Part shown: in pieces, positions 19,178-28,179 of the stretch | Layout: every line of letters begins with the position of its first letter | How positions within the stretch are numbered: position 1 is the stretch's first letter | NCBI GenBank assembly: GCA_965199715.1 | Contig: OZ241322.1 | Coordinates: 1,408,001 to 1,472,000, forward strand | Direction: 5' to 3' | DNA: 64,000 bases | From: Vicinamibacteria bacterium | GTDB taxonomy: Bacteria; Acidobacteriota; Vicinamibacteria; Marinacidobacterales; Marinacidobacteraceae | Made by a program: the position numbers and the translations under genes | Notes under the pieces: model-generated | What the model was told of the DNA's origin: nothing | The model's database searches: none | Seen by the model: only the letters and a program-made list of their open reading frames with translations

Positions 19178-19708
19178 GTGCCCCCCGTCTCGATTCGCCC
19201 CGCCATCGAAACGGACGCCCCCCGGATCGCGGAGATCTACGCGCACCACGTGCTCCACGGCGTCGCCACGTTCGAGGAGATCCCGCCCGAACCCGAGGAG
19301 ATGGCCCGGCGGATGCGCGAGATCCGGGCGGCCGGGTATCCCTGGCTCGTCGCCGAGGAAGGGGGCCAGATCGTCGGATTCGCCTACGCCGGCGTCCACA
19401 AGGCGCGGGCGGCCTACCGCTACACGGTGGAGGACTCGATCTACCTGGCGGCGGACCGGCTCGGCCGCGGGATCGGCTCGGCGCTGCTCGGCCGGCTCAT
19501 CGAGGTCTGCGACGACGGCGGGTTCGCCCGGATGATCGCGATCATCGGGGGCGGCGAGAACGCCGCCTCGATCGCGCTCCATCGGAAGCACGGATTCGAG
19601 GTCACGGGCCGCGTGGACGGGATCGGGTTCAAGTTCGGGCGGTTCGTGGACGTCGTGTACATGATCCGGGCGCTCTCGGGCGAACCGAATCGATCCGGCG
19701 TGCGTTAG
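19178..19708 (+). CDS. GNAT N-acetyltransferase (phosphinothricin acetyltransferase/YncA-like)
   Basis: ATFEE, AYRYTVEDSIY, GRGIGSALL, NAASIALH, GFKFGRFVD. Confidence 0.85.
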   Translation: MPPVSIRPAIETDAPRIAEIYAHHVLHGVATFEEIPPEPEEMARRMREIRAAGYPWLVAEEGGQIVGFAYAGVHKARAAYRYTVEDSIYLAADRLGRGIGSALLGRLIEVCDDGGFARMIAIIGGGENAASIALHRKHGFEVTGRVDGIGFKFGRFVDVVYMIRALSGEPNRSGVR

Positions 19709-19724
19709 GGCTTCCGGGGCGGAC

Positions 19725-21467
19725 GTGCGTCCGCCGCCGGAAGGAAGCCGCAGCGTGACCCGGAAGTTCCGATTTCGCTTGTCACGGGCCGGCGAGACGA
19801 CCCCCGAGCCCGACCCGTTCCCCCCGATTCCGGAACCGGCGCTCACCGAAGAGGAGCGCGCGCTCGCCGAGACCGAGGCGCTGCGGGGCGTGCCGGCCTT
19901 GTCCGCGACGACTCCCTCTCCGGGCGAACGCCGGGTGGAGGGCCGCTTCCGGCAGGCGATGGCGGCGATCCAGTCGGCCGCGACCGCCGCGCTCACCGAG
20001 CTCGGAGCGCGGCTCTCAGAGTCGCGCCACGAGGCGAACCGGCTCGAGGCCGACGCGGCGCGGGAACGGGAGCGCGTCCGGTCGCTCGCGAACGTGGACG
20101 CGGCGTGCCAGCGTCTCGACAACCGCTACCGGCGCTCGCGCGCGGCGGCTAGCGAGCTCGCCGGCTTCCGCCGGGCGCGGGGCATTCCGGACCACGTGAA
20201 CCCGCGCCCCCGGTCGCGCGGCTGGATCTGGCTGCTGCTGATCGTCTCGCTCGCCGAGACCTCGGCCAACGGGATCCTCCTCCACAGCGCCTCGACCGAG
20301 GGCGTCCTCGCGAACTGGCTCTTCGCCGGGCTGGTCACGGCGATGAACGTGGGCCTTCTGGGCTGGCTGGTCGGCGACCTCATCGCCCGGCGGATGCTCG
20401 GCGCGACCCCCGGCCGGACGTGGCTGCTCGCCGGGGCGCTCGCGCCGTGCCTCCTGCTCGCCGGACTCCTCCACTTCGGGTTCGCGCACTACCGGGACGC
20501 GGTTTCGGCGCTCGATTCCTCCCAGTCGGCCGCGATCCTCGACCTCGACGACATCGACGCCGGCGCGACCGAAGCGGAGCCGCAGCCGACCATCTCGGTC
20601 GAGGAGGCGGTGGTCGGCGAGCTGCGGGCGCAGTTCCTGTGGTGGACTCCGGGCGCCGAGTTCGGCGGTCCGCCCCGCATGGTTCCCGCCGGGAACGTCG
20701 GATACCGGGCCGAGAACGGCGGCCTCGTCCGCGTGGAGGACGCGCTCGCCGGCCGGTTCGACGGCTGGCGCTCGGTGCTGCTCGCCGGGGTCGGGTTCGC
20801 GGCGCTCCTGCTCGCGGGGTGGAAGTGGTTCGGCGGGCGCGAGCCGATCCCGCACTTCGCCCGCCTCCACGAGGCGCGGGAGGCGGCGGCGCGGGCGCTC
20901 GAGCGCGAGTACGAGGCCGCGGTCAGGACGCTGGAGGAAGCGGAGCGCGGACACCTCGAGCGGCTCGCCGAAGCGGAGCGGGCGCTCGTCGCGCTCGGCG
21001 GCGCGTGCGAGAAGCTGGACGCGAGCCGACGCGAGACGCTGGCGAAGGAGGCGGAGCGGCTCCTGCGGATCGCCGAGGCCGGGGTCGTCGCGGTCGAGGA
21101 CTACCGCGAGGCGAACCGCCAGCGGCGGCTCACGAGCGACCCGACTCCGGCGTTCTGGGAATCGCCGTGGGGACCGGACGTCACCGCCCGGAATCCCGAC
21201 GAGGACGCCCGCTGGCGCCAGCACGTCGGCGAGCACCATTCGCTCGTGATGGCGACGGCGGAACGCGCGCGCCAGGCGGACGCCGCGCACGGGCCGGTGG
21301 TCGCCGAAGCGTTCGCGCAAGCGCGGGAACGGCTCGGTCAGGCGGCGCGGATTCCGGGCGCCCGCCGCCGGCCGCCGACGGGAAAGCCGCCGGCCCCGCC
21401 GCCCGACTTCCGGCTCGTCCCCGGCGGAAACCCCGAGCGCCGGCTGGAGGCCGCGCCCCGGGCGTGA
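19725..21467 (+). CDS. Uncharacterised membrane protein, ~4 TM helices flanked by coiled coils (start may be GTG 19755)
   Basis: Long ORF with hydrophobic segments and E/R/A-rich helical stretches. Confidence 0.7.
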   Translation: MRPPPEGSRSVTRKFRFRLSRAGETTPEPDPFPPIPEPALTEEERALAETEALRGVPALSATTPSPGERRVEGRFRQAMAAIQSAATAALTELGARLSESRHEANRLEADAARERERVRSLANVDAACQRLDNRYRRSRAAASELAGFRRARGIPDHVNPRPRSRGWIWLLLIVSLAETSANGILLHSASTEGVLANWLFAGLVTAMNVGLLGWLVGDLIARRMLGATPGRTWLLAGALAPCLLLAGLLHFGFAHYRDAVSALDSSQSAAILDLDDIDAGATEAEPQPTISVEEAVVGELRAQFLWWTPGAEFGGPPRMVPAGNVGYRAENGGLVRVEDALAGRFDGWRSVLLAGVGFAALLLAGWKWFGGREPIPHFARLHEAREAAARALEREYEAAVRTLEEAERGHLERLAEAERALVALGGACEKLDASRRETLAKEAERLLRIAEAGVVAVEDYREANRQRRLTSDPTPAFWESPWGPDVTARNPDEDARWRQHVGEHHSLVMATAERARQADAAHGPVVAEAFAQARERLGQAARIPGARRRPPTGKPPAPPPDFRLVPGGNPERRLEAAPRA

Positions 21468-22195
21468 GGAGCCTTGCGCTCGCCGGGGCGCTTGGCCTCG
21501 CCGCTTGTTCCGGTGGAACCGACCCGTGCGCCGACTGGCCGGCGGGCCGTCCCGCCCGGACCGTCGTCGTCGTCATGGACGCGACCGACGGGCTCTCGCG
21601 CCCGCAGCGCGAGGACATGTGGAGCCGCATCCGGCCGGTCGCCGAAGACGCCCCCGCCGGATCGCGGTTCCATCTCTTCGAGGTCGGCGACGAAGCGCGC
21701 CTCGCCGCGTCGATCCAGCGTCCGCCGCACGCCTGCGAGGTGAGCCACTGGAACGACAACCCGGATCAGCGCCGGGCGCAGTGGGCGAACAGCTACCTGC
21801 GCCCGCTCCGGGACGCGCTCGGGGCGCTGTCGCGCGCGGCCCCGAGCGACTCCTCGCCCATCGCCCAGGCCGTCCACGCCGCCGCCCGCCGCTTCGACGA
21901 CGCGCCCGAAGCGGAGCGACGACTGATCCTCGTGTCGGACCTCATCCAGAACGCGCGCGCCGACTTCTACCGGGGCGTGCCCGACTTCGCCCGGTTCCGC
22001 GAATCCGCGCTTTTCGGTGACGTGCGCACCCGGCTCCTCGAAGGCGCGACGGTGACGGTCATGCAGCTCCCGCCCCAGCGCGACGGCCTCGCGGACGAGG
22101 CGGCGTTGCGGCGCTTCTGGACGGACTACTTCGCGGATCAGGGCGCGGAAGCGGAATTCGTCCGGTTGGAAGGCCCCCGCGCCAGCCAGTCCTGA
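21464..22195 (+). CDS. Lipoprotein with vWA-like domain
   Basis: GTGA overlap; lipobox LAAC; VVVVMDATDGLS (MIDAS-like), SSPI, LILVSDLIQN. Confidence 0.65.
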   Translation: MRSLALAGALGLAACSGGTDPCADWPAGRPARTVVVVMDATDGLSRPQREDMWSRIRPVAEDAPAGSRFHLFEVGDEARLAASIQRPPHACEVSHWNDNPDQRRAQWANSYLRPLRDALGALSRAAPSDSSPIAQAVHAAARRFDDAPEAERRLILVSDLIQNARADFYRGVPDFARFRESALFGDVRTRLLEGATVTVMQLPPQRDGLADEAALRRFWTDYFADQGAEAEFVRLEGPRASQS

Positions 22196-22914
22196 ACGTC
22201 GTCCGCCGCCGTCGCGAGTCCGGCGCGGATCAAATGGCGGTTCGCCTCGATGTCCAGGCACGCGAACGGCCGACCCTGCCGGCGGGCCTCCCGCAGGGCA
22301 TGCATCGCGCCGCCGTGCGCACCGGTCTCGATCACGAGGACGGCGTCCGAGAGCCCGCTCTGGAGGCGGTCCCGCTCCACGAAGGCGTACCCGCGCGGCG
22401 GAGTCCCGATCGGGTACTCGCTGACGAGGGCGCCGCCGCGCTCCAGCAGCCGTTCCGCGAGCGCGGGAATCTTCCGGTCGAGGCCGTGGGCGAGCACCGC
22501 GACCCCGACTCCGCCGGCCTCGAGGCAGCCCTCGTGCGCGTGCGTGTCGCATCCTCGCGCCAGGCCGCTCACGATCACTTGTCCCGCCCGCGCCGCCGAA
22601 CGCGCGTACTCGGCTGCGGCGACGCGCCCGGCCGGAGTCGGGCTTCGCGTCCCGACGACCGCCAGGCCCGCCGGAGACCGAAGCGCCGCCGGGTCGCCGC
22701 GCACGAACAGGACTGCGGGCGGGTCGGGAATGTCCCGCAGGCGCTCCGATTAGTCCGGGTCCGGGAACGAAACGGCCCGCACGCCCATGTCCCGGCTGCA
22801 GCGCAGCAGCGCGTCGGCTTCCGTCCGAGCCGGATCCCCTTCGTTCGGCGCTCGATGGAGAAGGCGCAGCGCCGTCCGCCGGCCGACTCCGCGCCGCCGC
22901 ATCAACGCCACCAA
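22138..22914 (-). pseudogene. DprA/Smf-domain gene with in-frame TAA at 22750-22752 (start approximate)
   Basis: DPD*SERLRDIPDPPAVLFVRG, AVVGTR, VSGLARGCD, ERDRLQSGLS. Confidence 0.75.
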
Positions 22915-22934
22915 CGCGACAGTGGCCCCCGTCG

Positions 22935-23357
22935 CTACTGCGGGCAGTGCTCCTCGCACCACGACTCCAGCTCCCGCAGGAACTCCCCCGCCAGCGACTC
23001 GGCGTTCATCCGCGCCATGTCCCGCGGGCCGTCGATCCCGATGATCAGATGGATCTCCCCGTCGAGCTGCATCGCGCCGACGACGCGCCACGACTCGTAC
23101 ACCCGCTCCTGCTCGGTGAGGCCGGGCCCCGCGACATCGAGGTAGCCGAACTGCATCATCCGGGTGCTGCGGCTGACCTGGAAGTCGGTGAGCCGCAGGT
23201 TCAGGTCCGCCGACTCGCGGTCCGGGACGAGGACGAAGTCGCGCTCGTCCTCCAGCATGGCGCGGATCGCCTCGGTGACGTCCACGAGCGGCAGCTCCGC
23301 GTCCGGCGGCGGCGGGGCGAGCCAGATCGAGACCGCCGCGGCGAGGAGCCAACCCAT
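22935..23357 (-). CDS. Secreted hypothetical protein (paralog of 15739-16236)
   Basis: MGWLLAAAVSIW start; TACCAT box 8 nt upstream. Confidence 0.6.
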   Translation of the reverse strand: MGWLLAAAVSIWLAPPPPDAELPLVDVTEAIRAMLEDERDFVLVPDRESADLNLRLTDFQVSRSTRMMQFGYLDVAGPGLTEQERVYESWRVVGAMQLDGEIHLIIGIDGPRDMARMNAESLAGEFLRELESWCEEHCPQ

Positions 23358-23385
23358 GCGATCCGATGGTACGGCGGTTCGGCCC

Positions 23386-24240
23386 TCAGCTTCCAGCGCG
23401 ACCCAGCCGCCGGAGCAGGTCGTCCTGGAGCCCCGGCCGCGGCGCATGGCACCAGCGCACCGGCCGCCCCCCATCGGCGGGAATGAGCGCGCCGCCCCGC
23501 ACGACGACGGCCTCGGGCGCGCAGTCGAGAAGGTCCGGAGCGACGACCGAAGCCACCGCGTAGGAGTCGAACGGATACGTCGCCCGCACGCCGGTGCGCT
23601 CCTCGAACCAGTCGAGATAGTCCTCTATCGGGCCGCGGAAGACCCGGGCGAACGGCGCGTCCCACAGGCGACTCCAGTCGGCCTCGGTCACCGGCGCGCG
23701 CACCGCGAACTCGAACGGGACGAGGGTGATCGGGGCGCCAGTCCCGAGCACCGTCGCCACGGCGTCGGGGTCGAGGTCAAAATTGAAGTCGCCGTATTCC
23801 TCGTCGCCGCCCGGAAACCGCAGCGGCCCGCGCCGACCCACGACCAGAACCACCCGTTCGAGCCGGGCCGCGAGCTCGGGCTCCTCCTGAAGCGCGGTCG
23901 CGAGGTTCGTGGCCGGTCCCAGCAGGAACACCGTGAGCGGCCGTTCCCGCGACGCGGCGGCGAGCGCCCGGGAGGCCGGCGTCGGTTCCCGCGACGCGGA
24001 CGCGGCCCCGGCGTGGACGGAAAGGCCGGCCGGGCCGTATTCCGCTGCGATGCGCCGCGCGATCGGGAGCCCGGTCTCGAACGGCGCGTTGCCGAAGACC
24101 ACGCTGACTCCGGCGATCTCGAGTTCGGGCGAGCGGAACGCCTGCACCATCGCGACCCCGTCGTCGGGCTCGTGTCCGCCCCGCATCACCGCGGGATCCA
24201 CGTCGATCCACGCCCAAACGGCGAGCAGGACGAGCGTCAG
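23386..24240 (-). CDS. Inosine/uridine-preferring nucleoside hydrolase family (probable CTG start)
   Basis: WIDVD...DDG, SVVFGN, LGPATNLA, DFNFDLDPDA. Confidence 0.8.
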   Translation of the reverse strand: MTLVLLAVWAWIDVDPAVMRGGHEPDDGVAMVQAFRSPELEIAGVSVVFGNAPFETGLPIARRIAAEYGPAGLSVHAGAASASREPTPASRALAAASRERPLTVFLLGPATNLATALQEEPELAARLERVVLVVGRRGPLRFPGGDEEYGDFNFDLDPDAVATVLGTGAPITLVPFEFAVRAPVTEADWSRLWDAPFARVFRGPIEDYLDWFEERTGVRATYPFDSYAVASVVAPDLLDCAPEAVVVRGGALIPADGGRPVRWCHAPRPGLQDDLLRRLGRAGS

Positions 24241-24407
24241 GCCGGGAAGGTCTCCGCGAGACGCTGGCCGATGTACCACGGCCAGATCACGATCGCGAAG
24301 AACCCCTGCCGGAAGCCGAGGTCCACGAACCCGATGGTGAACAGCCACCCGGTCATCCAGATGCTGAAGCCGAGGCTGCTCTGTTCGATCTTGATGCGTT
24401 CGCTCAT
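24237..24407 (-). CDS. Small membrane protein (56 aa)
   Basis: MSERIKIEQ...GWLFTIGF...AIVIWPWYIG; 4-nt overlaps with both neighbours. Confidence 0.65.
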   Translation of the reverse strand: MSERIKIEQSSLGFSIWMTGWLFTIGFVDLGFRQGFFAIVIWPWYIGQRLAETFPA

Positions 24408-26263
24408 GCGGCGTCTCCTCGGTGTTCGGCGGGAGCATCGTAGGGATTCGGGACCCGTCCCGCCAGCAGCGACGGGTAGCCGCCCTTCAGGAATTCCTGC
24501 GCCAGATCGTACGTTCCGTCGTCGTCGTTCCGGCGGATGGCGCGCCGCAGTTCCCGGATGCGCTCCCGGGAGCCGGCGCAGAAGCTCTCGACCAGCGGCA
24601 GGACGTCCACTTCGCGGGCCCCGTCCGCAATGAGCGCCTCGGCGCGGGCGACAGTCGCCACCTGCGCGTAGAGCTCGGCTCCGAAGTCCACGAAGCGCCC
24701 GAGCTGCACCTGCCGCTTCTCGAGCGCGGGGCCGTGGCGCGCCATCGCGTGGAAGAGGCTGCGAGCGAGGCGGCGGCTCGACCTCGCGACGTAGCGCAGG
24801 CGCCGCCGCGCCCACGGGGCGCCGCCGGGCGGAGCGCCCGCGGGAAGCCACTGCTTGAGGTACCACGGGACGTAGAAGCCCGCCGCCTTCACCGCCGCGC
24901 CGACCCGCTTCGCCATCGGGATCGACGGATGCGTCATGGCGCCGGCCCGCCGCAAGTGCGGATCCAGCACCTCGCGCGAGATGAACAGCCGGAGAATCTC
25001 GCTGGACCCCTCGAAGATGGTGTTGATCCGGTTGTCCCGCAGCGTCCGTTCCGCCGGGAACGGCCGCTCGCCGCGCGCCTCGAGCGAGGCCTCGGTCTCG
25101 TAGCCGCGCCCGCCGAGCACCTGGACCGCCTCGTCGGCGATCCGCCACGCCGCCTCGGAGGAGTACATCTTCGAGATCGCGGCCTCGATCCGGATGTCCG
25201 CGCCGCCGATATCGACGAGCAGCGAGGTGAGCTCGGACATCGCCTCCATGGCGAACGTCGTGGCCGCCATCCGCCCGATCTTGTCGGCGATCGCCGCGTG
25301 GCGACCGATGGGAGACCCCCACTGGACGCGCTCGTTGGCCCACGTCTTCGACATGTAGAGCGACCGCTTGGCCGCTCCGATGCAGATCCCCGGCAGCGTC
25401 AGGCGGCCGGTGTTCAGCGTGGTCAGCGCGACCCGCAGCCCCTTGCCGGGCGGCCCCAGCACGTGGTCGCGCGGAATCCGCACGTTCGTGAACCGCATCA
25501 CGCCGTTGTAGAGAGCCTTCAGGCCCATGAACCGGCAGCGGCGCGCGACCTCCACGCCGGGCCACGCGGCGTCCACGATGAACGTGGTGATCCCGTCCCC
25601 GGTGCGCGCCATGACCACGAGCCAGCGGGCCTTCGTTCCGTTGGTGCACCACAGCTTCTCGCCGTTGAGCAGGTAGCCGTCGTCCGTCAGCGCCGCGTGC
25701 GCCTGCATCCGGGCCGCGTCCGAGCCCACGCTGGTCTCGGTGAGCGCGAACGCCGAAATGTCGCCCGCGGCGACCGCCGGCAGGAACCGCTGCTTCTGCT
25801 CCTCGGTCCCGAACATCAGCACCGGCTGCGCGATGCCGATGGACTGGTGCGCCGAAACGAGCGAGGCGAGGCTGCCGCAGTGGCTCCCGAGCAGCACGGC
25901 CGCCCGCGTGTAGGTGCGCTGCGACAGCCCGAGGCCGCCGTACTTCTCGGGGATCTTGATCCCGAAGGCGCCGAGCCGCCGCAGTCCGGCGAAGACCTCG
26001 TCGGGGATCTCGCCGGTCCGGTCGATCTCGGGCGCGTCCACCTGCTCGAGCAGGAACCGCTCGAGCCGCTCGAGGAATTCCGAACCGCCCGGATCCTCGC
26101 CGGCGTCGGGCCACGGGCGGACCAGATGGAGCGCCGGCCGCCCGAGGAACAGCCCGCCGGCGAAGGTCGGATACCGCCAGCCGGTCTCCCGCGCCGCCTC
26201 GGCCAGCTCGAACGCCGCTCGCTTCCCCGCGCTCATCCGCGACGTGTCGATCGCCGTGCTCAT
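24404..26263 (-). CDS. Acyl-CoA dehydrogenase (long-chain/VLCAD-like)
   Basis: AFALTE..VGSD, LNGEKLWCTNG, QVLGGRGY, IFEGSSEI. Confidence 0.9.
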   Translation of the reverse strand: MSTAIDTSRMSAGKRAAFELAEAARETGWRYPTFAGGLFLGRPALHLVRPWPDAGEDPGGSEFLERLERFLLEQVDAPEIDRTGEIPDEVFAGLRRLGAFGIKIPEKYGGLGLSQRTYTRAAVLLGSHCGSLASLVSAHQSIGIAQPVLMFGTEEQKQRFLPAVAAGDISAFALTETSVGSDAARMQAHAALTDDGYLLNGEKLWCTNGTKARWLVVMARTGDGITTFIVDAAWPGVEVARRCRFMGLKALYNGVMRFTNVRIPRDHVLGPPGKGLRVALTTLNTGRLTLPGICIGAAKRSLYMSKTWANERVQWGSPIGRHAAIADKIGRMAATTFAMEAMSELTSLLVDIGGADIRIEAAISKMYSSEAAWRIADEAVQVLGGRGYETEASLEARGERPFPAERTLRDNRINTIFEGSSEILRLFISREVLDPHLRRAGAMTHPSIPMAKRVGAAVKAAGFYVPWYLKQWLPAGAPPGGAPWARRRLRYVARSSRRLARSLFHAMARHGPALEKRQVQLGRFVDFGAELYAQVATVARAEALIADGAREVDVLPLVESFCAGSRERIRELRRAIRRNDDDGTYDLAQEFLKGGYPSLLAGRVPNPYDAPAEHRGDAA

Positions 26264-26307
26264 TTCGTTCCGATTCTACGCGCGGGCGGGGTTGGTATCG
26301 TAGGGAA

Positions 26308-27465
26308 GTGCACCGGCGCGGACTTCTGAAGGCGGGCGGGGCGGGCCTCGTCGGCGCCGCGCTCGGCGGCTGCTCGGCGCGTCCCGCGCCCGACCTCCCG
26401 AGGCCGTCGCTGCGGCTGCCGCCCGCGCTCGTCTCGGAGGACCGGATCATCCGCACCACGGTGGGCCTCAGGCCGCACCGCCCGTCGGGCTTCATGGTCC
26501 GGGCCGACCGGCTCGACGCGAAGACCGTGATCCACAACTACGGGCACGGCGGCGCCGGGATCTCGCTCTCGTGGGGAACCGGACGGATGGCGGCGGAGCT
26601 CGCGCTGGATCACCAGGACCGGCGGGCGGCCGTGATCGGCTGCGGCGCGGTCGGCCTCGCGACCGCCCGTCAGCTTCAGCGGCGCGGGTTCGAGACGACG
26701 ATCTACGCGATGTCGGTCCCGCCCGACACGACGTCCAACATGGCGTGGGCGGGGTTCACTCCGGCCGCGTGGGCGGTGGAGCACCGCGCCCGCACTCCCG
26801 AGTGGGATCGGCGGTTCCGCGAGGCCGCCGAGACTTCGTTCCGCGAGTTCCAGTGGCTGAACGGGCGCGGCTACGGGATCAGTTGGATCGACCGGTATTC
26901 GTTGACCGACCGGGAACCCCGGTCCGTTGGCCCGCGGCCCGGGGGCCGCCAGCCGCTGGTTCCGGAGCGCCTCTCGCCCGGGCGCGTCGTCCTCGGACCC
27001 GGCGAGCACCCGTTCCCGACCCGGTTCGCGACCCGGCGGAGCACGATCCGGGTGGAGCCGGCGATCTACCTCGACGCCCTCGTCCAGGACTTCCGGGACC
27101 GGGGCGGCCGCATCCGCATCCGCAAGTTCGAGGATCTGCGGGACGTCGCGGCGCTCGACGAGTCGCTCGTCATGAACAGCAGCGGCCTCGGCGCGCGCGC
27201 GCTTTTCGGCGACGAGGCGCTGATCCCGCTGCGGGGCCAGCTCGCAGTGCTCGTGCCGCAGGCGGAGGTGAACTACTCGCTCGCCGCGCCGACGATCGAG
27301 CCGCCGCCGGGGGTGACCGGGCTCGGGATGATGCCCCGGCGCGACGGAATCGCGCTCGGGGGCACGATGGAGCGCGGCGAGTGGTCGCTCGAGCCCAACG
27401 CCGAGGCGCGGGACCACGTCGTCAGCGGCTTCCGGCGGGTGTTCGCCCGCATGGCCGCCGTCTGA
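26308..27465 (+). CDS. FAD-dependent D-amino-acid-oxidase-like enzyme, Tat lipoprotein, circularly permuted
   Basis: RRGLLK Tat and LGGC lipobox; VGLRP, HNYGHGGAGISLSWG, VIGCGAVG, PLRGQ. Confidence 0.8.
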   Translation: MHRRGLLKAGGAGLVGAALGGCSARPAPDLPRPSLRLPPALVSEDRIIRTTVGLRPHRPSGFMVRADRLDAKTVIHNYGHGGAGISLSWGTGRMAAELALDHQDRRAAVIGCGAVGLATARQLQRRGFETTIYAMSVPPDTTSNMAWAGFTPAAWAVEHRARTPEWDRRFREAAETSFREFQWLNGRGYGISWIDRYSLTDREPRSVGPRPGGRQPLVPERLSPGRVVLGPGEHPFPTRFATRRSTIRVEPAIYLDALVQDFRDRGGRIRIRKFEDLRDVAALDESLVMNSSGLGARALFGDEALIPLRGQLAVLVPQAEVNYSLAAPTIEPPPGVTGLGMMPRRDGIALGGTMERGEWSLEPNAEARDHVVSGFRRVFARMAAV

Positions 27466-27466
27466 A

Positions 27467-28168
27467 CTATTCGGCGACCCGCGTGAGCGTGAGGATCTGG
27501 ACGATCGCCGGAGGTACGAAGTACGGCGGGACATCGAGCAGCGAGATGGGTTCGCGCGGCTCGGTGTCCGGGTCCATTCCCTTGCGGAACTCGGTTCCCT
27601 CGCGGGTTCCGGCGTCGTAGGCGATCAGCTCGGCCATCGTCTCCTCGACCCAGTTCCCGGTCTCGTCCACGAAGCAGAGCGAGGCGGCACCGAAGAACCA
27701 GTCGGGGCTGGGGGAGAACATCTGGGCGTAGGTCACGCACGGCCGGTCGATGTGCAGCTCGGTGGTCGCGCCCCCGGTCAGCACGAAGGCGAGGAGATCG
27801 TCCTGGTGATCGAACAGGACCTCGGCCCCCATGGCCTCGGCCTCGGCGAGAAACACCGACGAGTCGCCGGCCTCGGCGAGCCGCTTCAGGCCGTCGCTCG
27901 CGATCGCGCCCTCGGCGAAGAGCTCGAGGTCGGCGGAGTGCGCCACCATGGCGAGCGGGGGCGCGGTGCCCACGCCGTCGGGCAGCGAGCCCGGGACGCG
28001 GGGGCTGATCCGGATCTCCGGCACTGCCCACGTGTACGACGCGGTCTCCGGCGGCGGCTCGGGTTCGGGCGCCGGCGCCGGCGCCGGCGCCGGGGCGGGA
28101 CTGGTTGAATCGCCGTCGTCGCAGGCGGCGAACGCGAGCAGGGAACCCATCAGGAGGAAGCGCTTCAT
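27467..28168 (-). CDS. Spondin_N-domain lipoprotein
   Basis: Lipobox FAAC, PA/PE linker, ASDGLKRLAEAG, SPSPDWFFG, AYDAGT. Confidence 0.75.
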   Translation of the reverse strand: MKRFLLMGSLLAFAACDDGDSTSPAPAPAPAPAPEPEPPPETASYTWAVPEIRISPRVPGSLPDGVGTAPPLAMVAHSADLELFAEGAIASDGLKRLAEAGDSSVFLAEAEAMGAEVLFDHQDDLLAFVLTGGATTELHIDRPCVTYAQMFSPSPDWFFGAASLCFVDETGNWVEETMAELIAYDAGTREGTEFRKGMDPDTEPREPISLLDVPPYFVPPAIVQILTLTRVAE

Positions 28169-28179
28169 GGCCGCTGAGT

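Noticed and set aside
26308-27465. Flavoprotein as a substitute for QhpG
   Set aside because: Motifs are DAAO-type and it is Tat-exported, whereas QhpG is a cytoplasmic monooxygenase
28055-28100. GGCGCC tandem repeat
   Set aside because: Encodes the Pro-Ala linker of the lipoprotein; not CRISPR or a mobile repeat
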